This document shows, in pieces, positions 1-9,102 of a DNA stretch of 32,000 bases (its first letter is position 1; each line of letters begins with the position of its first letter). Source of the DNA: Pyrodictium abyssi (GTDB lineage Archaea; Thermoproteota; Thermoprotei_A; Sulfolobales; Pyrodictiaceae). Made by a program: the position numbers and the translations under genes. A model generated the notes under the pieces. That model did no database searches. It was given only the letters and a program-made list of their open reading frames with translations, and had not been told where the DNA came from. The stretch lies in the NCBI RefSeq assembly GCF_036323395.1, contig NZ_AP028907.1, forward strand, positions 1,890,001 to 1,922,000, read 5' to 3'.

Positions 1-1826
1 TCTATACTGGATAGTTCCTGGATACTCCTGGATGCCAGCACCTCTATTACGAGGCTGCGTAGAAGATCCGCGTAGAGGTTCACCGTGCGCCTATCGTGCC
101 CAGAGAGGTTCTCTGGCAGACACCCGGTCGTCGCCACGGAGAAGCCATAGAGCAGCGAGTATACGAAGAGGCTTAGTCTTGGCCCTGCCTCTATCACCAC
201 GCTGCCAGTTATGTCGGCCACGGCTTCTAGCAGCTTTGGCACTTGCCTTTCCCGGCGCCCCGCGTCGGGTTCGAGTACGAGAATCGCTAGAGGCTCTCCG
301 GATAGCATCTGGCACGCGAGCTCCTGGGCGTAGGACTGGAGGCTGCGTGCGGGAACCGCTGCTAGCTTTAGCCCGTGCTTTTCGAGCAGCTCATTGAGCC
401 CTAGGAACTCTGAGAGCCTCGAACTGTACTCGGAGAACTCGCTCAGTGATAGGCTGTTTACCACCTCGACTACCTGGCCTGGTCCGGTCCTCCTGGCACA
501 GCCTACGAGCGGCGAGCTGCTAGCCATCGGGTATAAGCGCGCCACTATACCGGGTCTTAGCGCTGCTACGGGCTCATCGAATCTCTCCAGGGGTGGGCTC
601 AGGAGGTCAGGGTTTAGGGACTCGATTAGCTGGGCTGCGTGCGGGTCGTCGCCGTATATCTCACGGGCCACGTCTGCCGCTATAGCGAATAGCTCACGTA
701 GAGCCTGGGGGTCGTATACGATGAGGCCGTCTCGGCTCCATGCTAGTGCTGTGTGCTCTAGTGCCGAGACTGCATGCTCTACGGAAGAAGCCTGGAACCC
801 TTTAGCCCGCGCGTAGCGGGTCATCCAGGTCTCTGCTTCTGAGAGGAGGTCCTCTACGCGGACAGCAGTCCTAGAGTATACTACGGCTAGGCTGGCTTCG
901 GGGAGGACCTCGTAGCCCAGCAGCTTGCCTAGAAGCGAGAGGGGGACCGGCCCCGGGAGGACTGCCAGTAGTGGTACCATCTTCTTGTCCTCTATGAGTC
1001 GGCGAGCCTCCCTGTACCCAGCCTTATCGAATAGCGGCACGCCTTCGACTATCTCACGGGCTAGGGCCTCCTCGCCGAGGAGCACTGTCTCGACATGCTC
1101 TGGCCCCTGTTTGAGAGCAGCAGCAAGCTTGCCGACAACAGTGTCTACGAGCATACGGGCCCAGGCTATACGGCCCTTAGATGCCCACCACACCATGTTG
1201 GCTAGAAGGCTGGATACCTCTGGGAACTCGCCTCCCAGGGCCTCCGAGACCATACGCTCTATCACGGGCTTGGGGAGCAGGGGGAGCGTGAATACACGAC
1301 TACGCCACGCCACTGGACCGAACACTGCTTCCTTCAGTGTCGAGGAGGGGCCGAAGGCGAGCACGACGTATACGCTTGTGCTACGCGTCCTTATAGCCTC
1401 GGCTACACCGCGGAACGGCGAGGTCTCGTACTCCACGATGCCGCGGAGTAGATCATAGCTCTCCTCCACCTCATCCACAAGGATCACTACGACGCCGCTA
1501 ACATTGCCGAGCTTCTCCCTGGCATACTCCTCTAGTATCTTCGGTAGCTCGGACTCGTGTATGCTGCCGTAGCGCTCAACTATGTACTCCACGATGTCGG
1601 CGAGCTCTACGCGGATCGCCTTAGCACCAATACTTTCGACAAACCGCTCCAGGTACCGCAGGAGAGTGGTCTTGCCCGAGCCGTAGGGGGCTACTACCAC
1701 CGGCATCCAGTACTCGGCAGCATTACCCTTCACGTAGCTAGTGATAAGCTCTTCTAGCTCCGTCCTTATCCGGCGATGCTCTTCGCTTAGATCACACCAC
1801 CCGGTCTCGAAGCAGCTGGCCTCCAA
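1..1826 (-). CDS. P-loop (AAA/archaeal-ATPase-like) ATPase, 3' end runs off the window
   Basis: Manual reverse translation gives an open frame from TTG at 1826 to position 1, e.g. YWMPVVVAPYGSGKTTLLRYLERF (Walker A GSGKTT) and later SGVVVILVDEVEE (Walker B-like). It is missing from the ORF track because it has no stop in the window. Plus-strand ORFs at 32-397, 394-816 and 925-1458 are antisense to it. Confidence 0.8.
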   Translation of the reverse strand, partial: MEASCFETGWCDLSEEHRRIRTELEELITSYVKGNAAEYWMPVVVAPYGSGKTTLLRYLERFVESIGAKAIRVELADIVEYIVERYGSIHESELPKILEEYAREKLGNVSGVVVILVDEVEESYDLLRGIVEYETSPFRGVAEAIRTRSTSVYVVLAFGPSSTLKEAVFGPVAWRSRVFTLPLLPKPVIERMVSEALGGEFPEVSSLLANMVWWASKGRIAWARMLVDTVVGKLAAALKQGPEHVETVLLGEEALAREIVEGVPLFDKAGYREARRLIEDKKMVPLLAVLPGPVPLSLLGKLLGYEVLPEASLAVVYSRTAVRVEDLLSEAETWMTRYARAKGFQASSVEHAVSALEHTALAWSRDGLIVYDPQALRELFAIAADVAREIYGDDPHAAQLIESLNPDLLSPPLERFDEPVAALRPGIVARLYPMASSSPLVGCARRTGPGQVVEVVNSLSLSEFSEYSSRLSEFLGLNELLEKHGLKLAAVPARSLQSYAQELACQMLSGEPLAILVLEPDAGRRERQVPKLLEAVADITGSVVIEAGPRLSLFVYSLLYGFSVATTGCLPENLSGHDRRTVNLYADLLRSLVIEVLASRSIQELSSI

Positions 1827-2190
1827 TCAGAGAGTCCCCTTAGCGAGAAATACTCCTAACCGCCAAGCCGGAGTAGTAAAAACCCTCAGACCCATACACT
1901 CCATCCAACCGGGCGTGATGACCCCGCGCCTCCGGAGCCCAGATACGCAAGGCTCCACAGAAGGGGCTGTGAAGAGGGTCTTGAGTGCTGATTACCCCTA
2001 GGTAGTCGCAGACAACATAACGGTCGGAGCGTGTTCTGCAGAATATAAGCCTCCCATGTGCTTGGCTCCCAAGGAAAGGCCTAGAGCAGCCAGCATCTGG
2101 CTATCCATCTCTTCGTTTGCAGCCACTGCTCTATCTACAAGGCCGTCTAGACTCTACTGCCCGTAGATCCCGTAGTACTAGACCAAGAGC

Positions 2191-2217
2191 TGAAAACAAA
2201 ATTTGGAATTTAAAATA
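2191..2217 (-). terminator. T-rich archaeal-type terminator downstream of superoxide reductase
   Basis: Minus strand reads TATTTTAAATTCCAAATTTTGTTTTCA just after the gene stop. Confidence 0.45.
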
Positions 2218-2247
2218 GGGGGCAGCGGTTCTTGGGGTCGCCGTTGG

Positions 2248-2625
2248 TTACTCTTCTACCTTTATGTCCTTGCGTATCTCCCATACTCCGTGCAGGTTGC
2301 AGTAGCTTAGAGCGTATAGTGTACCGCTCTTCTCAAGCCTTATTGTTATTGTTATCTCTGGCTCTGCGTAGACAGGCTCTAGGTCTATAGTAGCTATGTG
2401 TATCGGGTTGAACGCGCGGCCCTCCTCGCTGAACCATATCTCTACGCGGCGTATTGAGTGCTGTACCTGGTTGGGGTGCGGCCCTACCTTTATGGTTACC
2501 TTGAACGGTTCGCCCTTCTTTACTGTGTCAGGTGCCTCGATCTTGGGCGCGTGGGTCTCAGCCTTTGACGCGGCTGGGCCCTCTGTCTCGGGCGTGTATA
2601 TTAGTTCACCAAATGGCTTGGCCAT
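2248..2625 (-). CDS. Superoxide reductase (neelaredoxin / class II SOR)
   Basis: Motifs ETHAP, GPHPNQVQHSI and the C-terminal CNLHGVW (Cys/His ligands of the Fe centre). ATG at 2625 (MAKPFGELIY) is preceded by GGAGG; the ORF opens at 2649. Confidence 0.88.
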   Translation of the reverse strand: MAKPFGELIYTPETEGPAASKAETHAPKIEAPDTVKKGEPFKVTIKVGPHPNQVQHSIRRVEIWFSEEGRAFNPIHIATIDLEPVYAEPEITITIRLEKSGTLYALSYCNLHGVWEIRKDIKVEE

Positions 2626-2736
2626 GACTGCCAGCCTCCAGTTTAACACAAGTTAACTAGGGCTAGATAAAAAACGTAACGGGTACTGAACTCCTTCGGG
2701 AAGACGGGGCCAGCGCAAAAAGGGTGGCCTGCGCCA

Positions 2737-3447
2737 TTGCATGTTGTACTTGAGGTCCCAGTGTTTAGGAAATGTAGGATAGTTCGTAGGCTCAACCGCT
2801 TTGTCGTCGAGGTAGAGGTAGAGGGCTCCAGAGAACGCGCTCATAACACGAATACCGGGCGGCTTGTGGACGTGCTTGTACCTGGGCGTAGCGGGTTCTG
2901 CACGCCGTTGAAGAGGCCAGGGAAGACTCGTTTCCGCCTGTTCGCTGTAGAGTATGGGAACGGCTACGCTGTCATTGATACCCGGCTCCAGGAGGAGGCA
3001 TTCGCCGCTGCCGTGGACCGCGGGCTCCTCCCATGGGCTGCCGGCTGCCGCGTAGCTTCTAGAAGACCGCGGCTAGGCTCTTCTTTCCTTGACTTCCTCC
3101 TGGAGTGTTCTGGTACAAGGGTCTATGTTGAGACCAAGAGCGCCGTGCTCATGGGGCCTAGGGGCCTCGCCATGTACCCTGATTGCCCTACCGAGCGTGG
3201 GCGGAGGCATATAAGCGAGCTAATAATACACGCGGAGAGCGGCGTGAGGGTAGCATTGGTGTTCATTGCAGCCTTACCAGGTGCTCGTGGCTTCATGCCC
3301 AACCGGGATGGGGATCCAGAGATCCCGGCCCTCGTGCGGAGAGCTATAGAGGCTGGCGTGATGGTCAAGGCTCTGGGGCTTGATTTCGACGCCGAGCGGC
3401 GGGGGATTAGACTATATGCTCCTAGCCTTCCTGTTGTACTCGCCTAG
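2737..3447 (+). CDS. sfsA: SfsA family protein (sugar fermentation stimulation protein homolog)
   Basis: 236 aa; HNTNTGRLVDVLVPG, VYVETKSAVL, FPDCPTERGRRHISEL-like block and VALVFIAALPGARGFMPNRDGDPEI are family-typical. Confidence 0.9.
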   Translation: MHVVLEVPVFRKCRIVRRLNRFVVEVEVEGSRERAHNTNTGRLVDVLVPGRSGFCTPLKRPGKTRFRLFAVEYGNGYAVIDTRLQEEAFAAAVDRGLLPWAAGCRVASRRPRLGSSFLDFLLECSGTRVYVETKSAVLMGPRGLAMYPDCPTERGRRHISELIIHAESGVRVALVFIAALPGARGFMPNRDGDPEIPALVRRAIEAGVMVKALGLDFDAERRGIRLYAPSLPVVLA

Positions 3448-3474
3448 CCGTTTTGGCGCAGTGCGCTATAATGG

Positions 3475-4290
3475 TTGGCTGGAGGGCTGAGCGGCTTGAC
3501 CGTGCTGGGCCGGTACCGGCTACTCCTAGTAGACCTTGACGGTGTCGTGTGGAGAGGGGCTAGGCTCCTCCGGGAGAATATCGAGTGGCTTAGACGGGCC
3601 CGAGACCTCGGCGCTAGCATAGTGTTCGTGTCGAACAATTCTACCAGGAGCCGGCGTGTCTACTCGGAGAGGCTTACCCGCATCATGGGCTTCAAGGTGG
3701 GTATTGAAGACGTGGTTACAAGTGGACATGCCGTTGCGCGCTGGCTGAGAGAGGATAACGGTCCCTCTAGGGTTCTCGTGGTCGGCGAGGAGGGGCTTGT
3801 GGAGGAGCTTCTACAGCAGGGTCACTGGGTGCTGAGTATAGGTGATGGAGCCCGCTGCCCGGTAGACTATGTCGTGGTCGGGCTTGATCGTAACTTGACC
3901 TATGCTAGGCTGCGTGCTGCTCACCGTGCTATAAGGCAGTGCGGAGCGCGCCTGGTGGCGGCCAACGATGATGCCTCTGTTCCCGTGGAGAATGGCGACG
4001 AGCCTGGGGCCGGCGCTGTGCTTGCAGCCCTAGAGCGCTCGACTGGTGTGAGAGCGCTCTTCGTGGCCGGCAAGCCCAACCCCTACATGTACGAGCTGGT
4101 CCTAAAGCAGAGGAACATAGAGCCGAGCCAGGCACTAGTGATAGGTGATAGGTGTGACACCGATATAGCTGCGGCCGAGAAGCTGGGGATTGACAGCGTG
4201 CTAGTGCTTACTGGGGTAGCAGGGGAGCGTGGCGAGCGCTGCGAGGCAACATACGTTGTAGCTACCCTTGCCGAGCTAGAACAGTTCTAA
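3475..4290 (+). CDS. HAD superfamily phosphatase (NagD / p-nitrophenylphosphatase / phosphoglycolate phosphatase-like)
   Basis: LLLVDLDGVVWRG, FVSNNSTRSR, GKPNPYMYELV, VIGDRCDTDIAAAEKLG. The true start may be the TTG at 3496, after GGAGGG. Confidence 0.9.
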   Translation: MAGGLSGLTVLGRYRLLLVDLDGVVWRGARLLRENIEWLRRARDLGASIVFVSNNSTRSRRVYSERLTRIMGFKVGIEDVVTSGHAVARWLREDNGPSRVLVVGEEGLVEELLQQGHWVLSIGDGARCPVDYVVVGLDRNLTYARLRAAHRAIRQCGARLVAANDDASVPVENGDEPGAGAVLAALERSTGVRALFVAGKPNPYMYELVLKQRNIEPSQALVIGDRCDTDIAAAEKLGIDSVLVLTGVAGERGERCEATYVVATLAELEQF

Positions 4291-4312
4291 CAGCTTGTCT
4301 AAACGTGGCAGC

Positions 4313-5116
4313 CTAGACGCAGCCGGTCATCACTCCATCTATTACGATGGTTGAGCCGTTTATGTAGCCGGAGACGTCGCTGAGTAGGAAGGCTACTAGT
4401 CCTGCTATCTCCTGGGGTCTACCAACTCTCTTCATGGGCGTCAGCTCTATCACCCATTCACGCCACGCCTGCTCGAACTCTACTCTCTTCATCTCTGCGA
4501 GCCTCATGATATTACTACGCGCGCCTGGTGTATCGAAGCTGCCCATGAGTATCGTGTTAGCGCGTATACCTCGGCCCCCATACTGCCTGGCTACGCTCTT
4601 GGCCAGCTGTACTAGGCCTGCACGCGCTGTGTCAGCCAGCGCGAAGTGCGGCATAGGCTCCTTTACCGTCACCGATGAGAGGTAGATGAACGTCCCCCTT
4701 CTCTGGGCCAGGAAGCGTGGCAGCAGCAAGCTAGTCAGGTAGCCGGGTGCTATGAGGTGCAGCTGCGCGGCCTCGAGCCAGTCCTCGTAGCCCGCTTCAT
4801 GCGGGTAACATGGCTCGCACGATATGTTCCCCACGTTGAATACTAGCGCATCTAAGCCGCCAAGCCCTCTCCATGCTTCTTCCACGAGCCTCTCTATGTC
4901 TTCGCGCCTTCGGAGATCCGCTTGTATGGCTACCGGCTCTACCCCGGCTGCCTTGGCTATCTCCTTCGCTGCTCTGGCTAATGACTCGGTGCTACGGCCC
5001 ACGATAGCTACTCTTGCGCCCCACTCGGCTAGGCCACGAGCCACGTAGAACCCTATGCCGCGCGTAGAGGCTGTAACAAGCACTCGCAGACCGTTTAGCT
5101 TGAATACTGTGCTCAA
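4313..5116 (-). CDS. Short-chain dehydrogenase/reductase family oxidoreductase
   Basis: VTASTRGIGFYVARGLAEWGARVAIVGR; NVGNIS; YLSSVT; GGRGIRANTILMGSFDTPG. Confidence 0.9.
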   Translation of the reverse strand: MSTVFKLNGLRVLVTASTRGIGFYVARGLAEWGARVAIVGRSTESLARAAKEIAKAAGVEPVAIQADLRRREDIERLVEEAWRGLGGLDALVFNVGNISCEPCYPHEAGYEDWLEAAQLHLIAPGYLTSLLLPRFLAQRRGTFIYLSSVTVKEPMPHFALADTARAGLVQLAKSVARQYGGRGIRANTILMGSFDTPGARSNIMRLAEMKRVEFEQAWREWVIELTPMKRVGRPQEIAGLVAFLLSDVSGYINGSTIVIDGVMTGCV

Positions 5117-5174
5117 GCGGGCACCTCCCCGCCGCCTATGGGGATGCTAGCGTTGGCTAGGGGCTGTTCCGCCG

Positions 5175-5840
5175 CTAAACCTTCTCGACGCTCTTTATAC
5201 ACTCTGGAGGCACACGGGGCGCCAGATACATCACATGACTGGCTCGGTATACTGGTATGCCCTTCTCAGCTAGACACTGTGGGTCCACGTGTAGGAGTAC
5301 TACCTGGCTGCCATGCCGCCTAGCGGCTTCTAGGGCCTCCTGAGGCCTCGCCGCGAGATGCACCATTAGCCTCTTCATCGGCTTCAGCCCTTCACGCATT
5401 ATCGGCTGGAGCCTCTCAGCCACAGTGCCGTGGTAGAGTACCTCGGGTAGTTCCCTCGGGCTGAGCGGCTCGTAGCCTAGCTCTAGTTTCACGCTATGCC
5501 CATACGCTGCCCTTATCCGGCGCCTGTCGCTGGATAGCTGGAAACGGCCCTTAGGGTCTAGCAGAGCCACTGCCACTATGTGGTGCGGCGTCACCCACTG
5601 GTAGAGGTCCCGGCGCCGCCACCTCTCCCTTATAGCGCGGGCTAGCTCCTCTACTTCGACCCAGCCCCAAGGGTCAAGCCCTAATCCGGCTTCGTGGGGG
5701 ATGTGGCGGAGGAGCGCGCTCATCAGCTTGCTTAGCCTTACGCGCTGTTCACCGGTCATGAAAAGCGCTGTTGGCTTGCCGCAGTGCTGTGGCTCCTCCG
5801 TGAATTCTCCACAGACACGGCAGCGGTATACGGGCTTCAA
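5175..5840 (-). CDS. kptA: RNA 2'-phosphotransferase (Tpt1/KptA)
   Basis: Zn-ribbon-like CRVCGEFTEEPQHCG then LSKLMSALLRHIPHEAGLGLDPWGWVEVEEL, RIRAAYGHS, LYHGTV. Confidence 0.9.
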   Translation of the reverse strand: MKPVYRCRVCGEFTEEPQHCGKPTALFMTGEQRVRLSKLMSALLRHIPHEAGLGLDPWGWVEVEELARAIRERWRRRDLYQWVTPHHIVAVALLDPKGRFQLSSDRRRIRAAYGHSVKLELGYEPLSPRELPEVLYHGTVAERLQPIMREGLKPMKRLMVHLAARPQEALEAARRHGSQVVLLHVDPQCLAEKGIPVYRASHVMYLAPRVPPECIKSVEKV

Positions 5841-5899
5841 GGCTCCCCAGTCTACGGGCTATACAGAATAAGGAGGTAAACGGAGCTACCGCTGCCTAG

Positions 5900-7180
5900 C
5901 TACACGCTTCCACACGCACAGCCTATGGCTTCTTCCTCCATGAGGCGCTCGGCCTGCACCAGCCTGGCCGCCTCGCTAGCCTTGGCTACTGCCTCCTCGT
6001 ACGCTGCTGCAACCACTTGTCCTATTACCTTGACGGCGTCGTCCGGGTTTATGCGGTCTGCCTCGGGGAGCGGGTTAGTCCAGAGGCTCTTGTACACCGA
6101 CTCTATTGTGTCGCGGCCTACCTCCTCTAGGTTCATGCTGTCTAGTATCTTCTTGGCGGTGTAGAGCTTCTTCGCTACTACTGGGTGGTGTCTCCATAGG
6201 TGCTGGCTGCGGAACTCCTCCCATGGGATGCCGGTGCCGGTATAGTAGCGCCGGTAGCTAGTCTTGATGGCGTCCTCTATTAGCCCTGGGTCCTCCAGTA
6301 TGTCTATCTCCTTCTCGCTGAACTCGTGAAGCGCCTTGTAGGGACACATTAGGCACGCGACACGGGGTAGTCCGTCGTAGTAGTCTGGGTGGACTAGGCC
6401 TAGCTCGCGCACGTTCTTGACTATGTCGAGTATAGTCCATATGTATATTGGCCTTAATCTGCCCCCATCGTATATCCTTGGACGCTGCGGGGACATCCTG
6501 TAGAGGCGGTTGAACCGCTTAAACGCCTCTGTCATGCGGTCGCCGTCGGCTGTTACCTCCGGTCTTCTAGCCTTCTTTAGCTGCTTTATCGGCCTCAACT
6601 TCATGTAAGTGCACCAGCGCTTGCCGCGGTATGGGAGGCCCTCCTCCAGCAGCCTCTTCTTCATCAGCTCGCGGTCAGCCTCTACGACCTCTATCTCTAC
6701 GCCAAGCTTCTCTGCCGTCTTCACCGAGAAGTCTATGTTCCTCGGGGGCTCGAGGTAGGGCACGTAGCTGTATACCGCGTATACCTTGAGCCCGCGTACA
6801 CGCTCCCAGAGCCTGGCCATTATTGCGAGGACCGAAGTACTGTCCTTGCCCCCGCTGAAGTTCACTACCACTGTTTTGCCCTCTAGCTTCTCGCCGTACT
6901 GCTTATAGATCCAGTCCACGTACTCATCGAGGTCCCAAGCAACGTAGACTAGGGGCCAGGGAATGTCCTCAACTAGCCTTGCATACTCTATCTTAATGTC
7001 GTCTACCACTAGGAGTCCTTTTTCGATGAACGAGTCTATTCTCACGGCCCTTTCGGTGTCTATCCAGAGATAGCTGCCACGTGTACTACCATCTGGGTTG
7101 AAGACCACGCTGAATTCTACTGATGATATAACGTAGCCTGTTATCTCGCCGTTGCCGCTTAGCGCCGGGTACCTCTCCAT
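5900..7180 (-). CDS. PAPS reductase / N-type PP-ATPase family protein (adenine nucleotide alpha hydrolase-like)
   Basis: VVVNFSGGKDSTSVLAI PP-loop; RGKRWCTYMKLRPIKQL; CLMCPYKA. Confidence 0.85.
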   Translation of the reverse strand: MERYPALSGNGEITGYVISSVEFSVVFNPDGSTRGSYLWIDTERAVRIDSFIEKGLLVVDDIKIEYARLVEDIPWPLVYVAWDLDEYVDWIYKQYGEKLEGKTVVVNFSGGKDSTSVLAIMARLWERVRGLKVYAVYSYVPYLEPPRNIDFSVKTAEKLGVEIEVVEADRELMKKRLLEEGLPYRGKRWCTYMKLRPIKQLKKARRPEVTADGDRMTEAFKRFNRLYRMSPQRPRIYDGGRLRPIYIWTILDIVKNVRELGLVHPDYYDGLPRVACLMCPYKALHEFSEKEIDILEDPGLIEDAIKTSYRRYYTGTGIPWEEFRSQHLWRHHPVVAKKLYTAKKILDSMNLEEVGRDTIESVYKSLWTNPLPEADRINPDDAVKVIGQVVAAAYEEAVAKASEAARLVQAERLMEEEAIGCACGSV

Positions 7181-7286
7181 GGAGCCCCCGGAGTAGCTGT
7201 TGGCAGTTGAAATGGCCTCTATAAAAACTACGAACGAGCGAAAATAGGCAGTAGCGTTCTACGTGGATCCCAGTACTATCTAGTGG

Positions 7287-8303
7287 CTAGAAGGGGTTGT
7301 AGCCCTCTCTGAGCCACCTGGCCACGTCAAGCGCGTGGTAGGTTAGTATTAGGTCTGCACCAGCCCTCTTTATTGCTGTTAGTATCTCTAGGGTTACCAG
7401 CTTCTCGTCTATCCATCCCTTCTCAGCCGCCGCCTTCACCATGGAGTACTCGCCGCTCACGTTGTAGGCTGCTAGCGGGTAATGGGGGAAGTTCTCCTTC
7501 ACGAGCCTTATCACGTCAAGATAGGCTAGAGCTGGCTTGACCATTAGTATGTCTGCGCCCTCCTCCACGTCTAGTATGACCTCCTTTATCGCCTCCATAG
7601 CATTGCGTGGGTCCATCTGGTAGCTTCTACGGTCGCCGAACTTCGGTGCCGACTCTGCCGCCGCGCGGAATGGGCCGTAGAACCCACTAGCGTATTTGAC
7701 GGCGTAGCTCATTATGCCTACTTCTGTAAAGCCCTCCTTGTCTAGTGCCCCGCGTATAGCCTGGACCATACCGTCCATCATGCCAGAGGGTGCCACGAAG
7801 TCCGCGCCAGCCTCTGCGTGGGCTACCGCCATCCGGGCTATAACCTTGAGCGTTGAGTCGTTGTCTATGAGTTTCCTGCCACGCTTCTCTATGGGTATGC
7901 CGCAGTGGCCGTGACTTGTGTACCCGCATATACACACGTCGGTGAATATCACGGGCTCTTCGCCGAATTCTCTACGGATAGCCTTAACCGCTTTGGGTAC
8001 GGGGCCCTTAGGGTCGTAGGCCGGTGTGCCGATGTGGTCCTTCTTCTCGGCTGGCGGCACACCGAACAGTATTATCGCCTTGACTCCCAGCTCTAGGGCT
8101 CTGGAGACGAGGTCTGTGACCTTCTCGACGGGGTAGCGGTACTGGCCAGGCATAGCGTCTATGGGCTCTGGCTCGTCTATGCCCTCGCGGACAAACACTG
8201 GGTAGATTAGATCGTTTACCGTGAGCGTCGTCTCCGCGACTAGATCCCTGATGCTCTTTGTCAAGCGTAGCCGGCGGGGGCGTAGCTCGGGGAAGAGAGG
8301 CAC
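7287..8303 (-). CDS. hemB: Delta-aminolevulinic acid dehydratase (porphobilinogen synthase)
   Basis: 338 aa; TDVCICGYTSHGHCGI, DFVAPSGMMDGMV, SYAVKYASGFYGPFRAA, ADILMVKPALAYLD. Confidence 0.97.
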   Translation of the reverse strand: MPLFPELRPRRLRLTKSIRDLVAETTLTVNDLIYPVFVREGIDEPEPIDAMPGQYRYPVEKVTDLVSRALELGVKAIILFGVPPAEKKDHIGTPAYDPKGPVPKAVKAIRREFGEEPVIFTDVCICGYTSHGHCGIPIEKRGRKLIDNDSTLKVIARMAVAHAEAGADFVAPSGMMDGMVQAIRGALDKEGFTEVGIMSYAVKYASGFYGPFRAAAESAPKFGDRRSYQMDPRNAMEAIKEVILDVEEGADILMVKPALAYLDVIRLVKENFPHYPLAAYNVSGEYSMVKAAAEKGWIDEKLVTLEILTAIKRAGADLILTYHALDVARWLREGYNPF

Positions 8304-8450
8304 GGCCGAACACCAGCCAAGACGCCTGTAGAGGCCACATGTAGTACCTAGGCTGTGTCCTCGGGGATATACGTGCTACCACAGCATTAATTGAGGATAA
8401 CCGCCTCAGAGCCGCCGCGAGGCCGTCTAGTGGATAGGGTAGGGAGGCTC

Positions 8451-9089
8451 ATGGCCGCCGAGTTCCTAGTAGTCTACCACGAGCCCGGCGACCCCTCGGA
8501 GAGCGCGCGTGTGCACACGCTCGTAGAGCAAGTTAGACAGCTAACCGGTGTAGATGTGGAGGCATCAACGCTAAAGGGTTTCACCGGGTGCCGTGGCTGC
8601 AGACGTGTGTACCTCCTCATGTTTACGCGTGGAGGCCACTGGCTGAGCCTAAGAGAGCACGGCGTAGACGCTGTGCTAGTGCCGCCCTACGTGACGGCCT
8701 CTGCGATCGTGGCCGAGCTGGAGAGGCATGGACTCGACCACGTGCTGCTTGTAGCTCTACGCGCTAAGCGCCTAGTCGACGAGCAGCTCAGCGACATAGA
8801 GCTCATAGGGAGGCTCATGGCCGCCAAGGGCCTCAGCGTCGACACGAGGATCCTGGATAGCATGAAGGCTGCCGCCAGGCCCGAGACTGGCGCACCCGTG
8901 GCGCCCCTGGCACTGCTCTCGGGGAGGCTCGTTAGGGCAGCATGCTCCCTAACCCAGGGGCTGTGTCTCGGCCCTCTACTACACTATGGCTGGTGGCACA
9001 TACTAGCATGGCTTGCAAGCGATATAAGAGCCCAGACACAACCACATAAAACCCCTAGACCAATAGAACATGGCAGACACGGCGTGTAG
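8451..9089 (+). CDS. Divergent CbiX-like (sirohydrochlorin cobaltochelatase-like) protein
   Basis: FLVVYHEPGDPSES resembles the LxGHGSRDP motif and CRRVYLLMFTRGGHWLSL resembles the xPLFLxxGGH motif. ATG 8451 is preceded by GGGAGG (ORF opens at 8391). It neighbours hemB divergently. Confidence 0.5.
   Translation: MAAEFLVVYHEPGDPSESARVHTLVEQVRQLTGVDVEASTLKGFTGCRGCRRVYLLMFTRGGHWLSLREHGVDAVLVPPYVTASAIVAELERHGLDHVLLVALRAKRLVDEQLSDIELIGRLMAAKGLSVDTRILDSMKAAARPETGAPVAPLALLSGRLVRAACSLTQGLCLGPLLHYGWWHILAWLASDIRAQTQPHKTPRPIEHGRHGV
9021..9052 (+). promoter_or_regulatory. Candidate TATA elements for SRP RNA (GATATAAG and CATAAAAC)
   Basis: AT-rich TATA-like boxes about 50-80 nt upstream of the predicted SRP RNA, inside the 3' end of the upstream ORF. 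Confidence 0.4.
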
Positions 9090-9102
9090 AGGGGCCGAAG
9101 AG

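Noticed and set aside
32-1458. Plus-strand ORFs of 121, 140 and 177 aa
   Set aside because: They are antisense to a coherent minus-strand ATPase frame containing Walker A and B motifs, and have no recognisable domains.
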